Position numbers and translations under genes: made by a program | Part shown: positions 49,787 to 62,902 of the stretch, one piece after another | Position numbering within the stretch: position 1 is the stretch's first letter | Layout of the letters: each line of letters starts with the position of its first letter | The notes under the pieces: model-generated | Databases searched by the model: none | What the model saw: the letters and a program-made list of their open reading frames with translations, nothing else | What the model was told of the DNA's origin: nothing | NCBI RefSeq assembly: GCF_006345805.1 | Contig: NC_043002.1 | Coordinates: forward strand, 97,774,001 to 97,838,000 | DNA length: 64,000 nucleotides | Reading direction: 5' to 3' | Source of the DNA: Octopus sinensis | Taxonomy: Eukaryota

Positions 49787-50819
49787 CTATATGATGAACT
49801 TTATTCAACAATTTACTAACTTTACTAAGAAGTATGTATTCCCATCACCATAATAGTTCTCCATCGTTTATATCTTTAAATACTTATCATTTACCCATGT
49901 ATATTACTATATACTCTATGTGGTTTGTTCTATGACAAACTAAGGAGATTTTTAACGAGTAATGCCGGATTGCTTGAATCCGTATATCGCGACTCATATA
50001 TATATATATGTATATAATATATATATATTAGCATTAAAGACCAGTCGTTGCCGGGTCATAGTGCTAGTGCATGTATATATGTGTATATATATGTGTACAT
50101 ATTACATGTACATCTATATATATACATCTACACATAAAATACAAAATGCAAAGTTATATCTTGATATCGCTAGTGATAACAATACTCAAAATAGCAGACT
50201 GGAATTGTTAGTCCGTCTCTTGTAATTTCGATCAATTGTATCTTGTCCTCCCTCTTGTATAGAAGTGTAGCTACAATCCAGCCTACCTCTACTTCGGGGG
50301 GGGGGGATTTAAAACTTTTATCCGGGACGTCCTACGCCCCAGATATAAAGGTAAAAATAAAGTATTTCCACTTTGCAAGTTCGAGTCGAGTACTCCCTTG
50401 CACGCTCCGTTGACTCGGACCTTGCTTCTATTGTGGCGAATTTACCGCCTATGATTAGATACCTTTCATAGTTGCACAAAACAGTTTTCGAAGGTGCTTT
50501 CCTCCATGTGTTCAAAATTTCTTTTTTCTCTACATGTATATAGTTTATAGACAAAAGTCTTTTCTTTATAATTTAATTTTTTATTATCCATCTGGGTATA
50601 TTCATTTCTGCACGCTAATTTTATTTTTAATTTATTCCCATTCATGTGAAACCACTTATTCAAGTTCAAATCTTTGGTGCAATTTTACCAATTGCTATCT
50701 TTACTTTTGTATGTTACTTTTAGTTTGATGTTTTTAAGTATTACTTACTACATATAATTCAATTGTTATTATTATTTTTATTGTTAAAGTGAAAAGTATC
50801 TGACATAAAAATAGAAGAA

Positions 50820-51050
50820 ACGTTTTTGTTTCACTTTAACACGTAATACTGAAATAGTGGAGAAGATATGATATTGCTATGGACTCGCTCTAGGCAAGAA
50901 GTTGAACATTTTTTTTGCCCATGAATCTACATGGACCCTAAGTAGGCATGTGTAAAAATTTGAATGGAATGGTTGTGTAGTTCTCAAGTTTTAGGGAAAC
51001 CACAGACAGACAGACAGACACACATTCTCAGTTGTATATATATATAAAAG

Positions 51051-51051
<1 letters not shown>
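50820..51051 (-). mobile_element. Probable Helitron-type non-autonomous 5' end, with a partial duplicate at 51260-51345
   Basis: Ends (caga)n..tatatataaaag-a|t like the other Helitron 5' ends; no CTAG end identified. Confidence 0.4.
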
Positions 51052-51082
<31 letters not shown>

Positions 51083-51098
51083 TGTATAATATATAATA

Positions 51099-51181
<83 letters not shown>

Positions 51182-51226
51182 TATTATATATATATATATA
51201 CAATATATATATCTATTATATATATA

Positions 51227-51261
<35 letters not shown>

Positions 51262-51355
51262 AATGTAATTGGTTGTGTAGTTCTCAAGTTTTAAGCAATC
51301 GTAGTGGAGAAGATATGATATTGCTGTGGGCTCGCCCTAGGCAAAAAGTTATATA

Positions 51356-51826
51356 GGCGTGGTTGTGTGGTAAGTAACTTGCTTACCAACCATATGGTTC
51401 TGGGTTCAGTCCCACTGCGTGGCACCTTGGGCAAGTGTCTTCTACTATAGCCTCGAGCTGACAAAAGCCTTATGAGTGGATTTGGTAGACGGAAACTGAA
51501 AGAAGCCCGTTGTACAGACATACATACATGCATACATACATAGATACATACATATATACATACACACACACACACATAAATATATGCATGTATGTATGTA
51601 TGTATGTATGTATGTATGTGTGTATGTGTTTGTGTGTCCGTGTTTGTCCCCCACCATCGCTTGACAACCGATGTTGGTGTGTTTACGTCCCCATAACTTA
51701 GCAGTTCAGCAAAAGAAACCGATAGAATAAGTACTAGGCTTACAAAGAATAAGTCCTGGGGTCGATTTGCTCGACTACAGGTGGTGCTCCAGGATGGTCG
51801 CAGTTAAATGACTGAAACAAATAAAA

Positions 51827-51829
<3 letters not shown>
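51356..51829 (+). mobile_element. SINE-A full-length
   Basis: Head, internal microsatellite and tail present. Confidence 0.9.
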
Positions 51830-51869
<40 letters not shown>

Positions 51870-51934
51870 CGTAGATACATACATACGTACACGCACACAC
51901 ACTTATACACACACACTTATACACACACACATAT

Positions 51935-51978
<44 letters not shown>

Positions 51979-52381
51979 GGATAATAAAAAGAAAGTTCTT
52001 GGTACAGTGTTGTATATTTGAAAAAATAGCCGTTTTCAAACTGAAAAATGTGTTTTACTGGTTACTTAAATAGCAAAATATATATATAAAAAAACACAAC
52101 GTACCTAGTAGTCAATGTTCATCGTACAGTGTACATGTTTTAAGTTCTTGGTTTGCTGTTCCCTGGGTTGGTGTTATCTCGTCGAGTATTGATGGTTAAC
52201 TAGTCTCTTTCTCTAATATATTTAGTTCGCTTGTTCCTTTGCATTATAATTTTAGGTTCTTTTTGGGTGTAAGTTCTTTGTTTTAAAGGTACTGTTTTGT
52301 AACTATAAGATAATATCAAATGTTTACTTTGATGCTGTTGCTTGAAGTAATAAGCAGGTATAGGTGTAATGGATATACTCC

Positions 52382-52612
52382 TATTTCTTTATTGCCCACA
52401 AGGGGCTAAACACAGAGGGGACAAACAAGGACAGACAAAGGGATTAAGTCGATTACATCGACCCCAGTGCGTAACTGGTACTTAATTTATCGACTCCGAA
52501 AGGATGAAAGGCAAAGTCGACCTCGGCGGAATTTGAACTCAGAACGTAGCGGCAGACGAAATACCGCTAAACATTACGCCCAGCGTGCTAACGATTCTGC
52601 CAGCTCGCCGCC
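52382..52612 (-). mobile_element. SINE-B full-length with 18-bp TSD
   Basis: gtgtaatgga(t/c)atactcc at 52364-52381 and 52615-52632. Confidence 0.92.
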
Positions 52613-53192
52613 TTGTGTAATGGACATACTCCACTAATGCATCACTCCCGTTGGTTACTACTGATTCTCAGGCAGCATTTATGTTTTTAAAGCTGTTGCG
52701 CCGCCGGATTGAATTTTATTGCCCAACTGTCGAAACCATAGTGATATCCGTTTGGCAGCTGACGGTGAGAATACATGCTTCTTATAATTTGAAGTAATAA
52801 GCTGTTGCTTGAAGTAATAAGCAGGTATAGGTGTAATGGACATACTCCGCTAATGCTTCACTCTCGTTGGTTACTGCTGATTCTCAGGCAGCATTTATGT
52901 TTTTAAAGCTGTTGACGTCGTCGGATTGAATCTTATTGCCCAACTGTCGAAACCATAGTGATATCCGTTTGGCAGCTGATGATGAATATACATACTTCTT
53001 ATAGTTTGCAGATTTTTTATGTCTTAGTCTCGTTATACTAGTTGTCCTTCATTCTTGTAAAGAGAAAAGTGTTTATAGATTCATAGTTTATGGGGATCAC
53101 TTACATTGGTATTGGTTGGTTTTTCTTCATAGGTATTTCTATTAGGTTTAGACAACGCTCAGGTATTGGTGTCTATTTTTGTGTGGTTCTGT

Positions 53193-53228
<36 letters not shown>

Positions 53229-53342
53229 TATATAATATATATATATATATAAAATATACATACTACCTACATACATATACATATATTTATATAACATGTA
53301 TGTATATATGTATTAGTGTGTGTGTGAATGTATGTATGTATG

Positions 53343-53373
<31 letters not shown>

Positions 53374-53505
53374 CAGGCATTTCGGGTCCTTTATCGCAAA
53401 TAGCTTTTACGTGGTAGTAGGGCGTGATAGAAATAACACCAAAATCTTTGGAACTGAGATACGTTGAATGCACTCGAAAAAATTTTTATAATGGTATTTC
53501 TTTGG

Positions 53506-54028
53506 GGTGATCTTTCGCTTTGGCTCTCAGAACTATCATCCAGGTCAGCTGGTTTTGTTCGTTAACTTCCGTCAAATATTTTATTTATATACTTTTGTTT
53601 TAAAGTGAGAGGAGAAAGTGAAAGATGCACGAACGTGTATACACGTGTGTGTGTGAGAGAGAAAGAGCGAGAGAGATAGTGTGCCACTTACATATACATG
53701 AAATCACACACGTTCACTCACTCACTCACTCACTCTCTCTCTCCCACACACACATGCACACGTACATACAAAAATTATGTACGTATATGTATTGATGTAT
53801 GCACGTATACATGACAATACACCTCTTCAATCACTCTCTCTTTTTCTCTCTCTCTCTCTCTCTCTCCTCACTTCCTCCCTCTGCCTCTCTTTCACACACA
53901 TACGTCCATTTCATATACACGTGCATACACCTGTCACTTTCTTCTCCCTTTCACTTTAAAACAAAAGTAAATAAATAAAAATCTTTTACGGAAATTAACG
54001 AACTCCGGATGACAAGCGAAAGATCACC
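53506..54028. mobile_element. Foldback MITE with ~80-100-bp imperfect TIRs
   Basis: 53506-53608 versus the reverse complement of 53951-54028; a related internal sequence lies inverted at ~39040-39260. Confidence 0.7.
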
Positions 54029-54760
54029 ATTCCCTTGAAAATAATTAAAAAAGAACATTAAAATACTGTCTGTTTAAAGAAAGCTAAAATATAAATACTT
54101 ATATTGTACAAATAACTTACACTTTTGAAATCACATTCAGTTAAAAATATTTCTAAATGATTAAAATATTCTGTACGTCAAAAAGTCGACGATTTTTTTC
54201 TTAGAGTGCCCGAAGACTATATGGGTGTATATGTCACAGATAGCGGACGTGTGTTTGTGTTGATTGACACACCATGACATTCATTATATGTGTGTATGCA
54301 TTCTGTATGTGTGTATGTGTGTTGACGTCACGGAAGAATCTGGGGTGTAGGTATTGGGCCAGTATTGGAACTTTTAACTTCTTGCTCTCTATCTTATGAT
54401 CTCCGAAATTTAAGAATCTTGTTTTTGTGTATTTAATCGTTTTCTTTCATAAATAGCAGTCCAAATATCACAAAAATGTGTACTGCACCGCCAAAGATAA
54501 GTATGAAAATAAATATGCAAAAAAAAAAAATAAATAAATAAAGTATACTATTTCTGAGCTATTTCGAGTACGCTCAAATATCTCTAGAGTTTTAGTATTA
54601 TTAAGATAATTTCCGTACGGAACAGCCACGTTGAAGTGGGAACAAACATTAGTTATTTAACACTATTTTATCTAAATATTTTTCATAGCCATTATTTAAA
54701 GCTGTAGCTTCGCAACACATCAGTTGAAGGATTATATTATCCAATCATTTATCTTTTATC

Positions 54761-54939
54761 TTTCACATGTTTAAGTCATAAAACTGTGGCCATGCTTGAG
54801 CACCACGTTGAAGAACTTAAGTCGAATGAATAGGCCCCTGTACTTATTTTTTAAAGCCTGGTACTTATTCTATCTGTTTTTTTTCCGAACTGTTAGGTTA
54901 CGGGGCGTAAACAACACCGGTTGTCAGATACAAAGACAG

Positions 54940-54973
<34 letters not shown>

Positions 54974-55471
54974 TATAACATACCAATGCATACTAACACA
55001 CACACACACACACAACACACACACACACACACACGTATATATATCTGTCTAGGTGTGTGGTAAGTAGTTTGCTTACCAACCACATGGTTCCAGGTTCAGT
55101 CCCACTACGTGACACCTTGGGTAAGTGTCTTCTACTATAAACTTGGGCCGACCAAAGCCGTATGAGTGGATTTGGTGGACGGAAACTGAAAGAAGCCTGT
55201 CGTCTCTCTCTCCTCTCTCTCTCTTCTATATATATATATATATATATACATAAATATATATATGTTTATGTTTGTGTGTCTGTTACCCCACTATCGCTTG
55301 ACAATCGATGCTGGTGTGTTTATATTACCGCAACTTAGCGGTTCGGCAAAAGTGACCGATAGAATAAGTACTAGGCTTACAAAGAGTAAGTCCTGGGGTC
55401 GATTTGTTCGACTAAAGGCGGTGCTCCAGCATGGCTGCAATCAAATAACTGAAACAAATAAAAGAATAAAG
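54761..55471. mobile_element. Diverged SINE-A 3' half (-, 54761-54930) and SINE-A (+, 55052-55471)
   Basis: Family motifs. Confidence 0.8.
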
Positions 55472-55630
55472 AAATATATATATACATACATATATATGTA
55501 TATATATATTTGTGTTATATATATAGATAATATATATATAATTTGTATACATATATATATATATATATATACATATACAAATATATATATATATATATAA
55601 TATATATATTATATATATATTGGTATATGG

Positions 55631-55662
<32 letters not shown>

Positions 55663-55665
55663 ATT

Positions 55666-55735
<70 letters not shown>

Positions 55736-56199
55736 CATAGACACACGATGTTCACACATCCCTCACTCACGCATAAGCATACTAATACGCAGACACACAC
55801 ACACTCACACAAACATGCACACATTGAAACGCATATGTACACACATACTATCTCTCACACATTAGCGTACAAACTCACGTATACATTGAAACACAGAGCC
55901 TCTCTCACATGCAAATTCACACACACACAACACAACATATAAATTAGCGGCAGGGGTCCAAGACGAAGACGGATTAATGGTAGGTAATAAGGGAGTTGGC
56001 AGGAAAAGTTTTGAATCTCTTCGTTCTTCGAGGCGATTGGATTTTATTTTGTTTTATTTTGCTTGAAGCTTTTCTTTCGGGTTCGATTTCAATCAACTAC
56101 ACTGTCTGAACCTTCCTTTCACAATTTCTGGTCTTGTGCCAATGTCAGAAGTGTCAGAGTCATCCACCCCGCACCTTACACCATTTCCTTTGTCATAAG

Positions 56200-56700
56200 C
56201 CTCATTCACCTCCCCTCCCCAATCTCCCACCCTCCTAATCCCTTCCTCTCCGCTCCCCCACACCGCTCCCCCACACCGCTCCCCCACACCCTCCCCCTCA
56301 CCACTCCCTCTCACTGCTACCCATCACCGTTCCCCTCATCGCTCCCCCTCCGCTTCCTACCTACCTACCTAGTCTTCCCGTCTTCCTGCTCCTCCCCTCG
56401 TCTTCTTCCTCCTCCCCACCACCGCGCCGCTTCCACCGCCACCGCCTCCTCTTTCTCTTCCTCTTTCTCCTCTTCCTCCTCCTCGTTTTTGTTATTGTCG
56501 CCGTCATCATCGTCATTGTCACCGTCATTGTGGTGGTGGCGATGCTGGTCGTCGACATCATCGTCATCATCGTGTTCCTCCCCTTCCTCTTTTTTCTCTG
56601 TCTCCTCCTCTTCTTCCTCCTTACCACCATCCTCATCATCACCATTCCCGTCATCGTCGTCGTCACGACCACCAACCACCACAATTTCTCCCCTTACAGC
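56200..56700. repeat. Pyrimidine-rich low-complexity tract (CCT/CAT/CTT trinucleotides)
   Basis: Direct inspection. Confidence 0.85.
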
Positions 56701-56904
56701 CACCTACCCGTAAATATATATCTACACGAGTTGGTTAAAATTGTTGCTGGTGCTCAACGGTTTGTTAGCCATCGCCAATTTAATCCGGTTTCTTCATCAA
56801 CTTCGTTGAACGTAACACAATGAGCTTTACTGGTGGGTAGTGGGGAGGGGTGTAGTCTTAAACGAATCAGGAACAGACACCTAGCTACGCAATTAAGTAT
56901 TATT

Positions 56905-56967
56905 ACATGTATGTATGTATGTATGTATGTATGTATGCATGTATGTGTGTGTGTGTGTATGTATGTA

Positions 56968-56998
<31 letters not shown>

Positions 56999-57360
56999 AT
57001 GTATGTATGTGTGTGTATGTATGTATGTATGTATGTATGTGGGTGTGTGTGTATGTATGTATGTATGTAGTGGGTGTATGTATGTATGTGTATGTATGTA
57101 TGTATGTGTGTGTGTATGTATGTATGTATTGTAGGTATGTGTGTGTGTATGTATGTGTGTGTATGTATGTATGTATCTATCTATCTATGCTTGTCTATCT
57201 GTCTGTTATATCTATCTATCTATCTATCTATCTATCTAATCTATCTATCTATCTATCTGCTTGTCTATCTGTCTGTCTACCTATCTATCTATCTATCATC
57301 TATCTATTATCTATCTATCTATCTATATAAACAACATACATACACATACACACACGAACT

Positions 57361-57425
<65 letters not shown>

Positions 57426-57526
57426 TATGTGTGTTCGCATATGTTACTTGAGATTGCTGTTGGCAGAGAAACTCGTTGCACACTAATACTCCCGTACACA
57501 ACACATATACGCCACATGCCACACAC

Positions 57527-57577
<51 letters not shown>

Positions 57578-57580
57578 TGG
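56905..57580. repeat. (TATG)/(CTAT)/(TA)/(CA) compound microsatellite
   Basis: Direct inspection. Confidence 0.92.
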
Positions 57581-58379
57581 GCACACGAAATTGAGAACGG
57601 AGAAAAAAAAAAAGAAAAAAATGGATCTTTTTAGTTTGAAGGCCAGATTTTCATAGTTAACTAAACAATTTGAAACTTCGTATACTGGTAGAATGTGTCA
57701 AAAGAAAACATAATTGTAAACCAAAATGAAAACGGAATTGTAATTTCTAAGTTTAACGTTGTTTAATAATTCGAATATTCTTTCTTTCGACCTCATATTA
57801 TTTACTGCCTCTCAAAATATTGTTACTGTGACGTAAACAGCCATTTTGTGACGTAGTTAACGTAAACATGTAAACAGACCTACAGATTCGTTTGTAACGT
57901 AAACATCCGCTCATCGTAAATAGCTAAATTCGCTTGGCATCGTACACAGCTTTTTCAGTTCCTAGAATTACATTTGAAAGAAAATAAAAAGAAAAAGATT
58001 CATACGCATAAATATCCATCCTTAGACATCAGAAAAATGAGTATTTAAATTATTTTCCATGTTTGCATTGCTTACACACACACACACCACACACACACAC
58101 ACATACATACATACACACATACTAAAATTACATCGTGGAGCAGGAAGTAATTTATTTATGTATTTTTTTGTTATACAATTTATTTTTAAGCTGAATCCCT
58201 ATCCTGCCATTAACCCCTTCTTTTAAAATAGTTGAAGAATCTGGGGTGTAGGTACTTGGGCCAGTATTGGAACTTTTAACTTCTTGCTCTCTATCTTATG
58301 ATCTCCGAAATTTAAGAATCTTGTGTCAACGGGCTCTTATTATTTACTCTGACTCTGCCACCACCTCAATGCAAAGACT

Positions 58380-58771
58380 ATCAATATCAGAATCATCTTC
58401 ACAACCACCACTACAACCATTACTACACCCTCCAATGCCACCACCACACCCCAAGACCAATACCAGCATCATTTCAAAAATCACCCAATTTCACCACCAC
58501 CACACTCTGCAATGTCTTCAACACTACCATCCATGAGACATCCTAACATAATCAATGCTACTATAATATCATCATCATTATCATCATCATCCACTGCCGC
58601 CACCACCACCACCACCACCTCTACAAACAACATACTATAATTGCTGCCATCATACACATCCACTGTCACCACTACACACCACCACCCCACCACCACCACC
58701 ACCACCACTGCCATGATAACCACATCTACCACTCCAACACCTTGCCACCACTATCTATGAGACATCCTAAG
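58380..58771. repeat. (CAC)/(CAT)-rich low-complexity tract
   Basis: Includes a duplicated atgagacatcctaa at ~58533 and ~58757. Confidence 0.8.
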
Positions 58772-58811
58772 TTAGATACTACTTTCACTTTCTAGTTGCT
58801 CTTTGAGTTTA

Positions 58812-59210
58812 TCTTTATATATAAAAGAGAGGTTGTGTGTCTGTCTCCTACGATTTAGATTCCTAACTACTCCCACATTTTGCGGTGTGCAGTTTAACCA
58901 AAACTGGGTTATCTTATAGTCGTGATTCATATCGAGCCCTTCTGGGTATTAGCTCGCGTCTACGATGAGTCTACGATTTAAAAAAAATTAACCATCATTT
59001 TTTTCCATTTTAATGCATTTTTTCGCTATTATATAAGGGAAGTAACTCTCTAAAAATGTCTACGATGAGTCAACGATTAAAAAAAAAATTACCATCATTT
59101 TTTTCCCATTCTTAATGCTTTTTTTGCTATTTTTTTTGCTATAACTCTCTTAAAATGCTTATATAGTTATTTCCCTTACAAACCCGAGCAACGCCGGGCG
59201 ATACTGCTAG
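58812..59210 (+). mobile_element. Non-autonomous Helitron H1 (variant with internal duplication)
   Basis: A|TC...hairpin...CTAG|T; the tctacgatgagtc block is duplicated. Confidence 0.9.
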
Positions 59211-59515
59211 TTATATCTAATCTATCTCTCTAAAAGATGCAAAGCAAGTAGCATTAAATGGTGAATGGATGTGAGCAGAAAGAGAGTAAGTTCCATTCAA
59301 GTTTAAAACAATTATAGAATTATTCTCAAACCATAAATGAATGGTGGAGAGGAGTGAAGGAGGAGTCATGTTTCCTCTGAGAGGTTACAAAAGTATTATT
59401 ACACTGTTGTTAGAATAGCTGTGGAAAAAGTAAGTTGAAATCAAATTTGATGCTAAATTCTTTTATAGTCATGTTCCCAATGAAATACACATAATCAATT
59501 TGAACAGTCTTAGTA

Positions 59516-60068
59516 TAGGGTCAGGCAAAATGATCTGACACATTTGTAGGTTAAATAAAAGGCATTGTTTTTCGTTTCTCTTTCAGTTGCTGCCATGAAT
59601 TGGACTGGTGAGCATCGCGCTTTCATTGTGGAAAGGTTTATCAAAACAAACAATTCTGTAACTGCAACACAAAGAGCGTTCCGTTTGCACTTCAATCTTG
59701 GTAGACATGATCCCGTACCAGCTCGAAACACGATCTTGTAATGGGTTACCAACTTCAGAGCTACTGGATCTGCATTGAAACGAAAATCAACCGGCCGACC
59801 TCGCACCGCCAGAACTTAAAAATGCAATTCGTCAAGAAAATTACTGCCATTCCACATGAAATGACCCGCCGAGTTATTGACAACTTTCGTGAACGCCTTC
59901 GACAGTGTTGTGGACAATAACGGATCCCATTTGACTGATTTAATTTTTAAAACATAATGAAACAAAATGGATATATGTACTTTTCAAAAATAAAAACACT
60001 TTTTTGTTTCTTTACTTCATTTGCCTTTATTTAACTACAAATGTGTCAGATCATTTTGCCTGACTCTG
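59516..60068 (+). mobile_element. Tc1/mariner internal-deletion derivative (maT/DD37D-like N-terminus)
   Basis: ~50-bp TIRs, TA at both ends. From ATG 59595: MNWTGEHRAFIVERFIKTNNSVTATQRAFRLHF..P-RNTIL*W..F..TGS..KRKSTGRPRT fused to the C-terminal NFRERL..C..NGSHL. Confidence 0.88.
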
Positions 60069-60082
60069 TATTTCTTTTACTT

Positions 60083-60114
<32 letters not shown>

Positions 60115-60154
60115 TGTATGTATGTATGTATGTATGTATGTATGTATGTATGTA

Positions 60155-60185
<31 letters not shown>

Positions 60186-60469
60186 ATTTATGTATGTGTG
60201 TGTGTATGTATGTATGTATGTATGTATGTATGTATGTATGTATGTATGTATGAGTTCTAGGTAAATTCTACCACGGAAAATTCCACCAGGTAAATTTCAC
60301 CATAGGTAAATTCCATCACGGTATATTCCACCATGGTAAATTCCATCCATGGACAGACTTCCAATCTAAGCTATTCCCGCTAATAATCACTATGGTTAGT
60401 TTCTCTAGACCGTGGGTCAATGCCTATGTTATTTAATCTGTCTGTCTCTCAAGTCTTAAGAAGATAGAT

Positions 60470-60507
60470 AGATAGAAAGCTAGAATGATACAAATAGATA
60501 GATAGAT

Positions 60508-60543
<36 letters not shown>

Positions 60544-60560
60544 AAGCTAGAATGATACAA

Positions 60561-60612
<52 letters not shown>

Positions 60613-60627
60613 GATAGATAGATAGAT

Positions 60628-60667
<40 letters not shown>

Positions 60668-60991
60668 AAGAAAGATAGAAAGCTAGAATGATACAAATAG
60701 ATAGACAGATAAGATAAGTTTCTTTATTGGCCACACAGGGCTGCACACAGATGGGACAAGTTACAAGGTAGAGCTTTTCTTTTGGGGGATGAAGAAAACA
60801 AAAAACAAAAGAAAAAAAAAAGAGGGGTGGCGTAGGTTTTCGATCAAGAGGGATCGTAAAAGGGAAGAAAAGAACAAAAAAAAAAAAAAAAAAAAAAAAT
60901 AAAAAGAATAAAAAGATAGATAAATAGATAGAAAGCTAGAATGATACAAATAGATAGATAGATAGATCGATAGATAGACAGATAGATAGAC

Positions 60992-61064
<73 letters not shown>

Positions 61065-61110
61065 AAGCTAGAATGATACAAATAGATAGATAGATAGATA
61101 GATAGATACA
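60470..61110. repeat. (ATAG)n array with five aaagctagaatgatacaa cassettes
   Basis: Cassettes at ~60477, 60543, 60679, 60932 and 61064. Confidence 0.9.
60718..60910 (-). mobile_element. Third 3' copy of the Tx1-like element
   Basis: Reverse complement ends cttgtcccatctgtgtgcagccctgtgtggccaataaagaaac; ATAG on both sides. Confidence 0.7.
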
Positions 61111-61203
61111 CCCACACCGCTGCGGATGCTACCACCGCCATCACCACCCATAACATCAACGACCCGACATTAACATTGTCGCCGCCACCGCCGCTGCCAG
61201 CAC

Positions 61204-61239
<36 letters not shown>

Positions 61240-61315
61240 CACCACTACTCCTCCTCCTCCTCCTCCTACTACTACTACTACTACCACCACCACCACCACC
61301 ACCACCACCACCACC

Positions 61316-61361
<46 letters not shown>

Positions 61362-61364
61362 TTA
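61110..61364. repeat. (ACT)/(ACC)/(TCC) trinucleotide arrays
   Basis: Direct inspection. Confidence 0.92.
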
Positions 61365-61526
61365 CCGTTTCTCGCGATACCAGAGGGCGCACACTCTCCT
61401 ACCCTGTTGTAATCTCCAGGGATACAGGCATCCAGGAACAGGACCTCCATAATGCCATGATGGACCGTGAAGTCTGGCGTAACATAGTAAATTCCATTGT
61501 CTCGACCAAGGTCGAACAATGATGAC
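61365..61526 (+). mobile_element. RTE-like LINE extreme 3' fragment (third family)
   Basis: RDTRGRTLSYPVVISRDTGIQEQDLHNAMMDREVWRNIVNSIVSTKVEQ**, with a tgatga tail. Confidence 0.72.
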
Positions 61527-61646
61527 TAACTACTACTACTAACAACAGCAGCAGCAGGAACACTAATCAACAACCACAAGGTCACTAATCGTTGCATAGA
61601 AACTGGATTTCATTGCCTATTGATGCAAGCTGTCATTTCTGAGAGT

Positions 61647-62027
61647 GGAGGCGCAATGGCCCAGTGGTTAGGGCAGCGGACTCGCGGTCATAGGATCGCG
61701 GTTTCGATTCCCAGACCGGGCGTTGTGAGTGTTTATTGAGCGAAAACACCTAAAGTTCCACGAGGCTCCGGCAGGGGATGGTGGTGATCCCTGCTGTACT
61801 CTTTCGCCACAACTTTCTCTCACTCTTACTTCCTATTTCTGTTGTACCTGTATTTCAAAGGGCCGGCCTTGTCACTCTCTGTGTCACGGTGAATATCCCC
61901 GAGAACTACGTTAAGGGTACACGTGTCTGTGGAGTGCTCAGCCACTTACACGTTAATTTCACGAGCAGGCTGTTCCGTTGATCGGATCAACCGGAACACT
62001 CGCCGTCGTAACCGACGGAGTGCTTCC
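61647..62027 (+). mobile_element. SINE-C full-length with 13-bp TSD
   Basis: TSD catttctgagagt at 61634-61646 and 62030-62042. Confidence 0.92.
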
Positions 62028-62164
62028 ACCATTTCTGAGAGTAAAATGTCTTTTTGCGTAGCACGGCTACCAGATTGATTTCACAAGAGCTAACACAAAA
62101 TAGTCAATTAGTAACGCTTTATGTAACACACATACATACATATATACATGTGTGTGTGTGTTTG

Positions 62165-62210
<46 letters not shown>

Positions 62211-62285
62211 TACACACAGATATATGCATTAGTAACAGCTGTTAGGTGCTGATTTTTCCCTATATTATGCACATTATTACATAAA

Positions 62286-62682
62286 TCTTTATATATAAAA
62301 GTCAAGTTGTGTGTCTGTCTCCTACGATTTAGATTCCTAACTACTCCCACATTTTGCGGTGCAGTTTAACCATAACCGGGTATCTTATAGTCGTGATTCA
62401 TATCGAGCCCTTCTGGGTATTAGCTCGCGTCTACGATGAGTCTACGATTTTAAAAATAGCTTACCATCATTTTTTCCCATTTTAATGCATTTTTCACTAT
62501 TAAAAAAAGGGAAGTAACTCTCTAAAAATGTCTACGATGAGTCGAGGATTTAAAAAAAATTTACCATAATTTTTTTTCCATTTTTAATGCATTTTTTTGC
62601 TATTTTTTTGCTATAACTCTCTAAAAATGCTTATATAGTTATTTCCCTTACAAACCCGAGCAACGCCGGGCGATACTGCTAG
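62286..62682 (+). mobile_element. Non-autonomous Helitron H1 (variant with internal duplication)
   Basis: A|TC...CTAG|T termini. Confidence 0.9.
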
Positions 62683-62902
62683 TGCTATATAAATAAATAC
62701 GATCCAGCGCCAACAGCTGTGTACCGGCACGTCATCAGGTGAGTAGCCTTGTGACCACTGCTGGATCACGTCTAGTTTCCCATTGCTTCATACACATATT
62801 TACTTTAGAATAAAGGCATATTCTGAAATAACCTGATAACGTGCATGTGCACAACTACTGTTGGATCATATTCATATGATATTCATATAATTATATGTAT
62901 AA

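Noticed and set aside
52831-52910. NGHTPLM ankyrin-like peptide in the duplicated unit
   Set aside because: The motif is too short, the frame closes within ~20 codons, and there is no ankyrin periodicity.
56063-56713. Ser/Pro-rich and acidic ORFs (216, 112, 107 aa), and the 252-aa ORF at 60761-61519
   Set aside because: Trinucleotide low-complexity tracts; no splice or homology support.
61647-61720. tRNA-Arg-like gene (also at 14421 and 36798)
   Set aside because: It lacks a paired acceptor stem and continues into a 300-bp repeated body with TSDs, so it is a SINE head.
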